Below are positions 8,701 to 17,734 of a stretch of 32,000 nucleotides of DNA, in pieces. Position 1 is the first letter of the stretch. Each line of letters starts with the position of its first letter. The DNA is from an uncultured Candidatus Saccharibacteria bacterium. Its GTDB lineage: Bacteria > Patescibacteriota > UBA1384 > XYA2-FULL-43-10 > 1-14-0-10-43-13. Under the pieces are notes generated by a model, which was given only the letters and a program-made list of their open reading frames with translations, had not been told where the DNA came from and searched no databases. Location of the stretch: assembly GCA_964543385.1 (NCBI GenBank), contig CAZIYE010000001.1, positions 570,001 through 602,000 on the forward strand, read 5' to 3'. A program made the translations under genes and the position numbers.

Positions 8701-11408
8701 AAGACTTGTTGCTATTTTCATCTTTCCGAGAAGAATTTCCTGACTCGCAGACCTTTGAAAAGATTTTTTCGGATGGTTTAATTGCAATTGATCCTAATTT
8801 GCAGGAAATTTTTGATAATCCTAGGAAACTCGGCACAATGAGACCGCAAATTATTTCAAAAATTATCGATTATATTGAGGAGGCTTACAAGGGAGAGGAG
8901 ATTGATAATGAAAAAATAGCCAAGGAACTTCTTTCTTTGCTGAATAATATTCGTCATATCTTCGAAAGTAGTGATTCCACGATTATAGAAAAGCGTTCTC
9001 TCTTCTTGGAGAAATATACTTTAGAAGATGCCAAAGATCCTGATTTTAAAATTGCAGTCGAATCATTAATGGAACAAGGGCTGTCATTGCACGAAGCGAT
9101 TAAGCAGCTTGTTCAGGGTGATTTTGAAGATATTTTAATCGCCTCTGGTAGTATTGATATGCAAAAACACTACAAAAAGAAGCTGAAAGACCCAAATATA
9201 TCAGAAGAAGATCGGTTGGACTTAGAGAAAAAGCTTAAGTGGATGAAAGAGGCGTACCTACAAGCTGACCAGAGAAATAGAGAAATTTTTCAACGACTGC
9301 AGAGAGGGGGCCTGACAGAAGAGGAAAGAGCAGAAATTGCTTGTCCGCTAGCAACAAGTGTATCCCAAGTTGGTCCTCCAGATGTCACTTACCCGATCCT
9401 TGACCAAGGCACTCTATGTGATGCTTTACTTGGTGAAATTGCTAAAGACCAGGAGAATAATCTTGGAGCTCATATTTCAAAAACAAGTCGTGTACCAGGA
9501 GATAGAAGTACTTTGGCTGGTAGATTGCCTTCTTATGGTAATCCTCATGGCACTCAGGTCAACCGTATCTATGGAGATGTCAGTGCTAATAAATATCAGT
9601 CATATGGACCGGATGGTACAGCAGAAACACACTTTCAGATGGGGCCAGCTCATCAATGCATTATGCTCGGTCTCCCCAGTACCGAAATATCTGCCATTGT
9701 TATTTCTGATACCTCCTTTCTTGCGGACCAAAAGAAGTACATTGCCATGAAAAACTTGTTTATTCCAATTCTCGATTCCAGTGGCAATAATCTCTGGACT
9801 CCTGAAGAGTTCGATCAAATGAAAATATTTTATTATGCGCTGAATTATAAGGGCTATCCCTTAGCCGTTATTGATAATGTTTATAAATATTATCTGGAAC
9901 TAAATCAGACAACTGAGAAAACAAAACATAATATTGTCTTGAATAAGGCCGTTGATTTGGTTAAAAAGCAGATAGAAAATGATGAACAAGGTTTTGAGGA
10001 TTTGGCGGTGCTCGTTGACTTCTTGAAGAGCAATGATCTTAACACCAAGGATATTCAATGGTATGAGGAGGCAGATTTCGAGCAAGTGATGCAAATGGTT
10101 GAAGAAAATGTCGGCGCAAAAAATCGTTGGAAAGCGAGGGATATACTCTTCATATATCCGGATGACCAAGCTAAAACTCATAGAACAATTGGCGATAGCG
10201 TTGATTATGAAAGGCAGATAACGAGGCGTCCCCATGGTTTCATCGACTCATTTCTGGACGATCAGCTTGGATACATTTCCCCTGGAAATATAGATGAAAG
10301 ACGAGCTGCCGAAGGCCACCTAACAAGTTTAATGTTCCGCGATTCGATTTCAAGGCAGGCGCGAGAAGGCATAATTGTTGATGACGTGATTGAAACTGCA
10401 GAGTATATGACAGAAAAGAAGAAGGAGCTGATGGTCAAGATTTGGGAAGACGCATGGGAAGATATATTGAAGATGGATTCCATTGATAAAGCTATGGCGG
10501 GGCTTTATAAAAAGGCAATAATCCCAGTTGTGACTGGTAGCGGTGGCCGAGGAGAGATAACGTTGGGCTCAGATTTGGATTATTCACTTCTAGTTGATGA
10601 TGATCACTTGTTGGAAATACTTCCGGAGAGAACTGATCTAGCTCAATTTATTAAAGATCTTGGTAATTTTGTTAATAATGTTCTGGCCATATCAATTAAT
10701 AAGTCTTTAGGTGAAGCGGGGATCAGAGCTGATGCTGGATTGGCACGGAAAGACCGGCAACCGTTTAGCCTGATTAGTCGGATTCGGCAATTTGAGATTA
10801 ATCCTTCTCAGGGCCGCCAGGAAGAAGAGCCGACTGAGATTATTAGTAATTATCCTCTTTTTGCAGAACACCAAGGGATTGTAGCTAAATGCAAGGAAGA
10901 TCTGATTGTTCACAATCAATCTGCCCATCTACTAGACTCATATATTCTTCGAGATCTGGAAACTGGCTTTGGAAAGGCTTCTTTCACGGCTGAATTTGAG
11001 AAATTATATGCCTGTGCAGCAAGTGGAGAATTATTGCAAAAAATTAAAGAATCACTCCAGCGTTCGTTAGTCTTCAAAATTAACTATCTTCTCTTTTCTG
11101 CTTTTGACAAGGGAACTATAGATCCGAGTGAGGCTAGTAAAATCCCTTCTGGAACGATTGATACAATTAATTTTCTTAAAGATCATAAAATTTTGACTGA
11201 TCAAGAAGCGGAAATTTGTATTGAATTATGGGCAATCACTTACAAAATTAGATTTTTGGGGGAAGTATTCTCTCCAGAAGGTCAGAATGCAGATGAGCTC
11301 AAGAAGGTGAAGAATATTACATTCAAACTAGATGATATATCCTTTGCCGAAAGAGTTCGCCTTTTCGATCTGCTTAAGCTTTTCAAGGATAATGTACTTT
11401 ATAAATAG
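5781..11408 (+). CDS. Giant 1875-aa uncharacterised protein with C-terminal nucleotidyltransferase-like motif
   Basis: One uninterrupted ORF. GSGGRGEITLGSDLDYSLLV at 10536-10595 resembles the Pol-beta/GlnD/DUF294 nucleotidyltransferase signature. Mostly helical-looking, no obvious signal peptide or TM segments. Confidence 0.8.
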   Translation: MTTEDGDKPIAVAENPAEGSELEEIEASDTALLHSDFDVAVSEVVSRQEIAAAVFDEEQTILSQASSTEEFIGIENETIPIELVASIQGIEKLFEEIDVIDIKEFPSLILKIKILADEAKKLLKKSEDGLQASGGELLGIESEIKKKTTTLSEENEKDFWGKLFRIGERSSLKKAIKDLKVKEGKISTIKDDQLGRKTDAEKLLRKVEKYLDDTIVKLVTKIFQSLKAETEKTREKMTDPRLRAGMNEQLVDSEFLPLFEQLKLEGKYFSDEEISFYLQHRKEIARDGIQDTYSMSAEDREAYEAKFDQIRKLEERSGYKLYWKSTALSLDPDRGSTPDERYDDIFKLLTEIGLRQKVDAVLDLVGDLGISTEAKTKIYTETKKEFLEYYYSYQDLDKRPDIQVYADFCEMPGELGRWQTTRDICIESGLIDEATFHQAEEILIDYLQQKYLSKKGGEPDTQVEQVFNLGNPGVIPVLYQFVVLHGSHSGERAMRRLLTLIDEKYSHEEVLQSTKDLPGDDQKIFELLLDKDSCLNRFARESYLWTMFGYLGDPKKTLRNEAYTQKLLDSGYPEDKAAEFFTGRWWGKDLLIGCVEIAEVLGIDKEIIIEDYFKDITRSVYLESPDSLEIIGLVAKELGVPALEIYHRIESEMVRSKEDKQSVHSPQGIIESCRVLSDITGESLKAVVDRYYPIKAIPTYQEKYAEIFEELAQILEVPVGSLVLENLLPQLSSKRGDRGGLYIVNSKDKRNFLFNSVSSFLQTNPVLSSTEDYCKIFNLFDELNKDWLGSDFEKFSDEEKEKINSGKVDLARSFGEILAKGGNREEIIRAIRAFAPVISLDDSKYAEIFTLLAETMEMAPESLVSETLIFDEKLGLILPKIKKSDSRCLIGKALFELAKTDRVLSSAKEIKKVFNALSALQLIGAEEDPSDEEIKVIFETKEYLIGYVREKMKNDPNKIDIIGTLISLKSVTFQDLLLFSSFREEFPDSQTFEKIFSDGLIAIDPNLQEIFDNPRKLGTMRPQIISKIIDYIEEAYKGEEIDNEKIAKELLSLLNNIRHIFESSDSTIIEKRSLFLEKYTLEDAKDPDFKIAVESLMEQGLSLHEAIKQLVQGDFEDILIASGSIDMQKHYKKKLKDPNISEEDRLDLEKKLKWMKEAYLQADQRNREIFQRLQRGGLTEEERAEIACPLATSVSQVGPPDVTYPILDQGTLCDALLGEIAKDQENNLGAHISKTSRVPGDRSTLAGRLPSYGNPHGTQVNRIYGDVSANKYQSYGPDGTAETHFQMGPAHQCIMLGLPSTEISAIVISDTSFLADQKKYIAMKNLFIPILDSSGNNLWTPEEFDQMKIFYYALNYKGYPLAVIDNVYKYYLELNQTTEKTKHNIVLNKAVDLVKKQIENDEQGFEDLAVLVDFLKSNDLNTKDIQWYEEADFEQVMQMVEENVGAKNRWKARDILFIYPDDQAKTHRTIGDSVDYERQITRRPHGFIDSFLDDQLGYISPGNIDERRAAEGHLTSLMFRDSISRQAREGIIVDDVIETAEYMTEKKKELMVKIWEDAWEDILKMDSIDKAMAGLYKKAIIPVVTGSGGRGEITLGSDLDYSLLVDDDHLLEILPERTDLAQFIKDLGNFVNNVLAISINKSLGEAGIRADAGLARKDRQPFSLISRIRQFEINPSQGRQEEEPTEIISNYPLFAEHQGIVAKCKEDLIVHNQSAHLLDSYILRDLETGFGKASFTAEFEKLYACAASGELLQKIKESLQRSLVFKINYLLFSAFDKGTIDPSEASKIPSGTIDTINFLKDHKILTDQEAEICIELWAITYKIRFLGEVFSPEGQNADELKKVKNITFKLDDISFAERVRLFDLLKLFKDNVLYK

Positions 11409-11482
11409 ACTATTTAAATTGTTCTTCTGCTCAATTATGTAAGTTGATATTGGGCACAGTGGTTGTTAGGATATTCAGATAA

Positions 11483-12850
11483 ATGAAAAAAATGAACAAA
11501 AAACAATCTGTTGCCCTAAGCTCGGTTTTTGCTAGTTTTGGTTTGACGGCTATGAAGTTAGTTGTAGGTATCGCTACTGGCAGTATGGGTATAATCTCTG
11601 AGGCAGCTCACTCAGCATTGGATTTTGTTGCCGCTTTAATGACCTATTTCGCAGTTAACATTGGAGATAAACCTGCTGATAAGAGGCACCCTTATGGCCA
11701 TGCTAAGGTTGAAAGTGTCTCTGCACTCTTAGAGACATGTTTGCTTGTCCTTACTAGCGCGTGGATAATCTATGAGGCAGTAAAAAGGTTAATTCACGGC
11801 AAATCGGAGGTTGAAGTTGCTTGGTATTCATTCACTGTGATAATAATCTCTATTGTCGTGGACATATCTCGGTCTAGAGCACTTTCTAAGGTTGCAAAAG
11901 AGACTAAAAGCCAGGCTCTGGAAGCCGACGCTTTACATTTCAGTTCAGACATTTTAAGCTCCTTGGTCGTTCTGGTGGGATTAATCTTTGTTTATTTCGG
12001 CAATACCACAGCTGACTCAATCGCAGCGATCATAGTTTCTTTTGTAGTACTATATGCTGCCTATGATCTAGGGCGTAAGACAATTAACGTTTTAGTAGAT
12101 ACTGCTCCAGAGGGTTTGGTTGATGAAATAAATCAGGCTGCCAGTAGTGTTGCCGGTGTCATAGGAGTTGAAAAAATTCGTGCCAGAGCAGTTGGGGCGG
12201 CAGTAATCATCGATATCACAGTATATCTGCACAGAAAAAACAATCTTCTCCTAACTCAAAAAATCTGCCAGCAAATAGAGGATAAAATAAAAAAAGATTT
12301 TTCCGATTCCGATATTACTATTCATACTAAACCTCTGCCACTAAATAGCGAAACAATTTTCGAAAGGGTTCAATTAATTGCCTCGACACATGGTCTCGCG
12401 GCCCATAATATTATTTTACACAGAGACTTCAAGGGCAAAAAATTAGACTTTGATCTTGAGGTTGATGGTAATTTAAACTTGCAAGAGGCTCACAGAATAG
12501 CTTCAGATTTGGAAAGAGAGATAGAAGCTGAATTCGGGGATATAGAAATAAATAGTCATATAGAACCACTGAAATCCGAGATTATCTCCGGGAAAAATGT
12601 AAGTGGAGTGAAAGAGGCGAAGTTAAAAAACAAAATTTTACTTATAACAAGAAACATTCCTCTCATAAGAGACATTCATGATATTTCAATAATTGAGGAT
12701 AATGATAAACTTTTCATTTCCCTCCATTGTCTATTCGACAAAAATTCTTCTCTGGATGAAGTTCACAGCGTAACGAGTAGACTTGAATACACAATTCGCG
12801 AAAATATGTCTGAGGTCTCCAAGGTTTCTATCCACGCTGAGCCAGCCTAA
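11483..12850 (+). CDS. Cation diffusion facilitator transporter with extended C-terminal region
   Basis: GSMGIISEAAHSALDFVAALMTYFAV, DKRHPYGHAKVE, EADALHFSSDILSS are CDF signatures. Confidence 0.92.
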   Translation: MKKMNKKQSVALSSVFASFGLTAMKLVVGIATGSMGIISEAAHSALDFVAALMTYFAVNIGDKPADKRHPYGHAKVESVSALLETCLLVLTSAWIIYEAVKRLIHGKSEVEVAWYSFTVIIISIVVDISRSRALSKVAKETKSQALEADALHFSSDILSSLVVLVGLIFVYFGNTTADSIAAIIVSFVVLYAAYDLGRKTINVLVDTAPEGLVDEINQAASSVAGVIGVEKIRARAVGAAVIIDITVYLHRKNNLLLTQKICQQIEDKIKKDFSDSDITIHTKPLPLNSETIFERVQLIASTHGLAAHNIILHRDFKGKKLDFDLEVDGNLNLQEAHRIASDLEREIEAEFGDIEINSHIEPLKSEIISGKNVSGVKEAKLKNKILLITRNIPLIRDIHDISIIEDNDKLFISLHCLFDKNSSLDEVHSVTSRLEYTIRENMSEVSKVSIHAEPA

Positions 12851-12906
12851 TTTGATATAGGCAAAAATGCCTTTCATTTTAATACAGCTTGGGATATATT
12901 TAAGCC

Positions 12907-13920
12907 ATGGATAGTGAACTCAAAAAATTAGTTCTCATTGACTCAAACGCGATCATTCATCGTGCTTATCATGCTTTGCCAAAGACTATGTCTACTAGAA
13001 AAGGTGAATTAACGAATGTAGTTTATGGTTATACCACAACACTCATAAAAGTTTTAGAAGATATAAAACCTGATTATATTGCTGCCTCTTTTGATATTTC
13101 CAAGGCGACATTTCGAACGCAGGAGTATGCTGAATACAAGGCGCATAGAGTGAAAGCCGACCAGGAATTATATGACCAAATACCAAGAGTGCGGCAACTT
13201 TTGGAAGTTTTGAATATTCCGACATATGAGATGGAAGGCTTTGAAGCTGATGATTGTATCGGTACTATCTCCAATATGTTCGAAGAAAGAAGTCCTCAAC
13301 AAAAGTTTAAAGGCTTCAAAGTATATATTGTAACGGGGGATAAGGATGCCTTTCAGCTCATCGACGGGAACATATTCGTCTACGATCTTAAAAAGGGTCT
13401 CTCCGTCGCCCAAATCATTAATAGAAAAGTGATTGAGATAGAATGGGCGCTACAGCCAGAGGATTTTATTGATCTAAAAGCACTGGCAGGAGATCCTTCG
13501 GATAACATTCCTGGAGTGCCAGGGATAGGCCCAAAAACAGCCATTGATTTGTTGCAAAGATTTGATACTTTAATAAAACTATATGAACAGATTGAATCAA
13601 GGGATTTAAATTCCGAGGATAGCAAACAATTTGATTTGACAGCCAAAGAGCTTAATCTAAAGCCCCGTATTCTCAAACTTCTTATTGACCACAAAGACCA
13701 AGCGTTTCTTTCCCAGCGTCTTGCTACTATCCGACGTGATGTACCGTTAGATTTCAATCTTGAAGATTGTAAATGGGGAGACTATGATAAGGAGAAGGTC
13801 CAGGATTTTTTTGAGGAAATGCAATTTCATTCATTGCTTCGGAGGTTTGGGGCAGAAAGAGCTGTAGAGCCGAAAACAAAAGAGCAAAAAGAAAAAGATG
13901 AGCAATTAAAGTTACTTTAA
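12907..13920 (+). CDS. DNA polymerase I 5'-3' exonuclease (FEN-like) domain, separate ORF
   Basis: LIDSNAIIHRAYHA, EGFEADDCIGTI, YIVTGDKDAFQLI, GDPSDNIPGVPGIGPKTAIDLL. Confidence 0.93.
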   Translation: MDSELKKLVLIDSNAIIHRAYHALPKTMSTRKGELTNVVYGYTTTLIKVLEDIKPDYIAASFDISKATFRTQEYAEYKAHRVKADQELYDQIPRVRQLLEVLNIPTYEMEGFEADDCIGTISNMFEERSPQQKFKGFKVYIVTGDKDAFQLIDGNIFVYDLKKGLSVAQIINRKVIEIEWALQPEDFIDLKALAGDPSDNIPGVPGIGPKTAIDLLQRFDTLIKLYEQIESRDLNSEDSKQFDLTAKELNLKPRILKLLIDHKDQAFLSQRLATIRRDVPLDFNLEDCKWGDYDKEKVQDFFEEMQFHSLLRRFGAERAVEPKTKEQKEKDEQLKLL

Positions 13921-13934
13921 AGTCAAAAAATACT

Positions 13935-15203
13935 ATGTCACAGTCAATAATAGAAAAAGCTAAAGTGATGGGCATCACAATTCCTTCTGCAACATCAGAA
14001 GATATTAATGAACAGATAAAGCCTGTTTTGCGAAAAATGGAGCTAGCAGGTATTAGAATCGATACAGCGGTTTTCAAAAGTTTAGAGGATACTTTGAGCG
14101 AAAGAGTAGAGGAGCTAGAGCTTGAGATTATTAAATTAGCTGGAGTTGAGTTTAATATCGGTTCCCCCATTCAGATGGCAGAAGTATTATTTGAGAAATT
14201 GAATCTTCCAACCGATGATCTCAAAAAAACAAAGACGGGCATCTCTACTGCAGCTAGTGAGCTCAAAAAGATTCAGGATAATCATCCGATAGTTTCTTTA
14301 ATTATTGAGCAAAGAGAGCTTTCTAAGCTAATTTCGACTTATCTAAAACCAATGCCAATCTTAGTCGATGAAAACTCGAGACTCCACACTACTTATGGTC
14401 TTGAAACATCCACTGGCAGAATTAATTCATCTGAGCCGAACTTACAGAATATTCCAATAAGGGGCAAATATGGTATGGAGATTAGAAAAGCCTTTATCGC
14501 TTCTCCTGGAGCTAAACTAATTTCTGCTGACTATTCCCAGATAGAGCTAAGGATAGTTGCATGTCTAGCTGATGACAAAAATATGATCGCATCTTTCCAG
14601 AATGGAGAAGATATTCATAGCAGGACAGCCTCTGAAATATTTGAAGTTCCTTTGCCCAAGATCACAAAGGATCAAAGACGGGTAGCTAAAGCTGTCAATT
14701 TTGGTATAGTCTATGGTCAAACACCTTTTGGTCTCTCTCAGGCTTTAGGTATAGAGACCTCGAAGGCTGCTGAATACATTATGCACTACTTCGACATACA
14801 TAAAGGTATTAAGGATTATATTAATAAAATGATTCAGCAGGCTCATAAGGAGGGTTATGTAGAAACTCTCTTCGGTATGAGAAGATATCTGCCGAATATC
14901 AACTCGAGAATCAGATATATTGCAGAGGGTGAAGAAAGAATGGCAATAAACACTCCTGTTCAGGGGACAGCATCCGAGATCATCAAATTAGCAATGATCA
15001 AGCTAGATAGCGAGTTGTCTTCAAAATATCCAGAGGCTAAAATGCTTTTAACAGTTCATGATGAACTAGTGGTGGAAGTTCCAGAAAAAGATGTAAAAAA
15101 GGTTGCGAGTGTGGTTAAAGAACTTATGGAAGGTGTAATCAAGCTTTGCATTCCATTAGAAGCAAGCGTGGGTATCGGTAATAATTGGGCTGCAACAAAG
15201 TAA
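13935..15203 (+). CDS. polA: Family A DNA polymerase catalytic domain, separate ORF
   Basis: SSEPNLQNIPIR, SADYSQIELRIVA, RRVAKAVNFGIVYG, TVHDELVVEVP. No 3'-5' exonuclease region in either ORF. Confidence 0.94.
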   Translation: MSQSIIEKAKVMGITIPSATSEDINEQIKPVLRKMELAGIRIDTAVFKSLEDTLSERVEELELEIIKLAGVEFNIGSPIQMAEVLFEKLNLPTDDLKKTKTGISTAASELKKIQDNHPIVSLIIEQRELSKLISTYLKPMPILVDENSRLHTTYGLETSTGRINSSEPNLQNIPIRGKYGMEIRKAFIASPGAKLISADYSQIELRIVACLADDKNMIASFQNGEDIHSRTASEIFEVPLPKITKDQRRVAKAVNFGIVYGQTPFGLSQALGIETSKAAEYIMHYFDIHKGIKDYINKMIQQAHKEGYVETLFGMRRYLPNINSRIRYIAEGEERMAINTPVQGTASEIIKLAMIKLDSELSSKYPEAKMLLTVHDELVVEVPEKDVKKVASVVKELMEGVIKLCIPLEASVGIGNNWAATK

Positions 15204-15251
15204 AATTTTTATTTTTTGTATTTTAAAACTTTCAGGTTGATAACTTAATCG

Positions 15252-16205
15252 ATGATTTATTTTATTTACGGTGAAGATAACTTTCGGTCGTCTCTTGCTC
15301 TCAAAAAAATTGAGACAGATTTTGTTAAAGAACATGGCGATCTTAACATCGAGAAACTTGACGGGGACAATCTGAGAGCAGATGTCCTGGAGGCGAAGGT
15401 CTCAGCATTGCCGTTTCTAGGGGATAAAAGATTAATAATAATAAATAATTTTCTGACAGCCGGAAAAAAAGAAGAAAAAGAACGGATTGTACAAGTTATA
15501 AAATCAATCCCGGAGACATCTGATTTAGTCTTCTTTGAGAATATCTTGCCAGATCGAAGAGAGAGCATCTTTAAAGTTCTTGATAAATTACCCTTCAAAC
15601 AATTTTTTCCACAGTTAGATGATTTTGGCCTAAAACAGTGGATAGTAGAGAGAATTAGTCAGCAAAATTTTGGAATATCTAGCTCGGCCTGCGCTCGCCT
15701 CATAGCTTATGTTGGTTCCGATCTTTTCCGGCTTCAAAATGAGATCGCCAGACTCATTGATTTTGTAAGATCAGATAACAGAAGCCAAATAGAGGATCAA
15801 GATGTAAATAATCTCATAGAACCCAACAATAACTATAAGATTTTTGATCTTACCGATGCGATTGCACAAAAAAATATTAATAAAGCAATCATGGTTCTGC
15901 ATGCATTCAAAAAATCAGGGGAGGACGATTATCGTATTTTTAACCTTATCGTCCACCAAATACGGACAATGCTTGTTATTAATGATTTTTCAAAAAAAAT
16001 GACTGGAGATCAAATGGCGAAAGAAGCGGGTATCCATCCATTTGTTGTGAAAAAAACGATGGCAAACTTAAGAAATTTCCCTAAAAGTGAATTAATTAAG
16101 ATGTATTCTAGGTTAGAAGAGATTGATTGGAAGTCGAAAAATGGTATTGCGGATATTGCCATAATGACAGAGCTGCTTATAGTAGATTTCTGCAGAAAGT
16201 GCTAA
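15252..16205 (+). CDS. holA: DNA polymerase III delta subunit
   Basis: MIYFIYGEDNFRSSLALKKIETDF; HolA-like architecture and length. Confidence 0.85.
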   Translation: MIYFIYGEDNFRSSLALKKIETDFVKEHGDLNIEKLDGDNLRADVLEAKVSALPFLGDKRLIIINNFLTAGKKEEKERIVQVIKSIPETSDLVFFENILPDRRESIFKVLDKLPFKQFFPQLDDFGLKQWIVERISQQNFGISSSACARLIAYVGSDLFRLQNEIARLIDFVRSDNRSQIEDQDVNNLIEPNNNYKIFDLTDAIAQKNINKAIMVLHAFKKSGEDDYRIFNLIVHQIRTMLVINDFSKKMTGDQMAKEAGIHPFVVKKTMANLRNFPKSELIKMYSRLEEIDWKSKNGIADIAIMTELLIVDFCRKC

Positions 16206-16240
16206 AATAATTAGTAAGTAGAAGACTAGGGAGGGAGATC

Positions 16241-17722
16241 TTGGCCCAGCAGAAAAATAACATGAGCGTAGTTTCTTTTGGGTTTTATTGGAAAAAACTC
16301 CTGTTTTTTGGATGTTTTTTTCTGATGGCAATTTGGGGAATAGATTCTATAAGTAGTATCAAAGCTGACAGTGGCGATTTTGACTATGCAGTATATTCTG
16401 AAAATCCTGCTTCTAATATTCAAATAAAGCCAAACGGCAAGGTAGTTGTAGGAGAAAATAAGACCTCTATTAAGCTCTCTATAATGGAGGATTTTGATGA
16501 ACTCAGAACACCGGTCTTGGACAAGCCAGGCATTTACATGGATGAATTTGTGGTTAATCTAAGCTTGCCTGAAGATGTTGCCAACAAGGTTAGTTTCGAA
16601 GTCCTTGGAATCCACGGCGTTGATAGCACGGAGTCATACATCTCTGATTCTAAAACCATCGTATATAAAGCCTATGGTGTTGGCCCTTCAGCGACAATCT
16701 CAATAATAGCGAAACTCCCAAAAGGAGTGGTCGGCTACAGCTTGATGGATAATGCCTTATTCGCCCTAAGACAGTTGGGGCCGAAACAATGGATAATACT
16801 TAGTATACTTGTACCTCTAATGGCTATTGTTATAATGATTTGGGTTATAGCGAAGCAGTTAGCTTCGGATAAAGTTGAGATTCCTGATAAGGAGATAGAT
16901 TGTCCTCCAATGGCGTTACCACCGGCAATAGTCGGGGCGCTATACCATCAGAAGGTTACTTCTAGAGAGATAGCAGCCACCCTCATTGATCTGGCCATAA
17001 GGGGAAATATCTATATCATGGATAGGGAAAGAGATTTCGCCTTTGCTAAAAACAATTTTGATAAGCGTTTAATATCCTACGAGAAGATACTTCTGTCGAA
17101 GATTTTCAGTGAGCATGTATTCTCAAACAAAGAGGATATTGAAAAGAGAATCAATGATCATCTGTACAGCAAAAAGATATCCTTATTTACTTCGGGTGTT
17201 TATAACTTATCTACCAGATTAGGCTATTTCAAAACGAACCCCCAGAATATTCATTCCAAATATAGACTTGTTTGTCTTCTTATCTTATTTGTTTCTTTGG
17301 GTGGATTTCTTGTGAGCTTCGGTTTTACCGATTATCCTTATCTTTCATTTATATGGATTGGATTGATGATAACCGCTCTTGTTATTGCTTCACTAGCTCA
17401 GAAGATCCCTATGAGGGCTCCAATGGGCCGTGAAGCTTTGAGCAATTGGCTAGCATTTAGAAAATTTCTCACTTCTAAAGACAGAATTCCTTTCTCATTA
17501 AACAATGTTGAAAGTTTTGAGAAATATCTACCTTATGCTATGGTGCTTGATTGCGAAGTTGCCTGGGCTAAGAGATTTTCGGAGGAAAGCTTTGCAATTC
17601 CTAGGTGGTTTATCTCTAGTAAAGATGGTTTTAGCTTACAGGACTTTTGTCTCTCGTTGTTTCCGATAGTTTCGTATATTTCAAGGAGTTTAGCTTCGGT
17701 AAGAGAACCTGGTTTTGAATAA
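16241..17722 (+). CDS. DUF2207-like predicted membrane protein; TTG start
   Basis: N-terminal hydrophobic segment, extracytoplasmic beta-rich region, then TM and LPPAIVGALYHQKVTSREIAATLIDLAIRGNIYI; start TTG preceded by gggaggga. Confidence 0.75.
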   Translation: MAQQKNNMSVVSFGFYWKKLLFFGCFFLMAIWGIDSISSIKADSGDFDYAVYSENPASNIQIKPNGKVVVGENKTSIKLSIMEDFDELRTPVLDKPGIYMDEFVVNLSLPEDVANKVSFEVLGIHGVDSTESYISDSKTIVYKAYGVGPSATISIIAKLPKGVVGYSLMDNALFALRQLGPKQWIILSILVPLMAIVIMIWVIAKQLASDKVEIPDKEIDCPPMALPPAIVGALYHQKVTSREIAATLIDLAIRGNIYIMDRERDFAFAKNNFDKRLISYEKILLSKIFSEHVFSNKEDIEKRINDHLYSKKISLFTSGVYNLSTRLGYFKTNPQNIHSKYRLVCLLILFVSLGGFLVSFGFTDYPYLSFIWIGLMITALVIASLAQKIPMRAPMGREALSNWLAFRKFLTSKDRIPFSLNNVESFEKYLPYAMVLDCEVAWAKRFSEESFAIPRWFISSKDGFSLQDFCLSLFPIVSYISRSLASVREPGFE

Positions 17723-17734
17723 TAATCTTTCAAT

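Noticed and set aside
12859-12880. AGGCA-AAAA-TGCCT followed by TTCATTTT as a terminator after the CDF gene
   Set aside because: The stem is only 5 bp and the T-tract is interrupted; too weak to call as a feature.
13880-13920. Homopolymer sequencing error as a trivial explanation for split polA
   Set aside because: The A5 runs lie before the frame-3 TGA at 13899-13901, so a single indel there cannot join the two ORFs. An error within 13902-13920 is not excluded.
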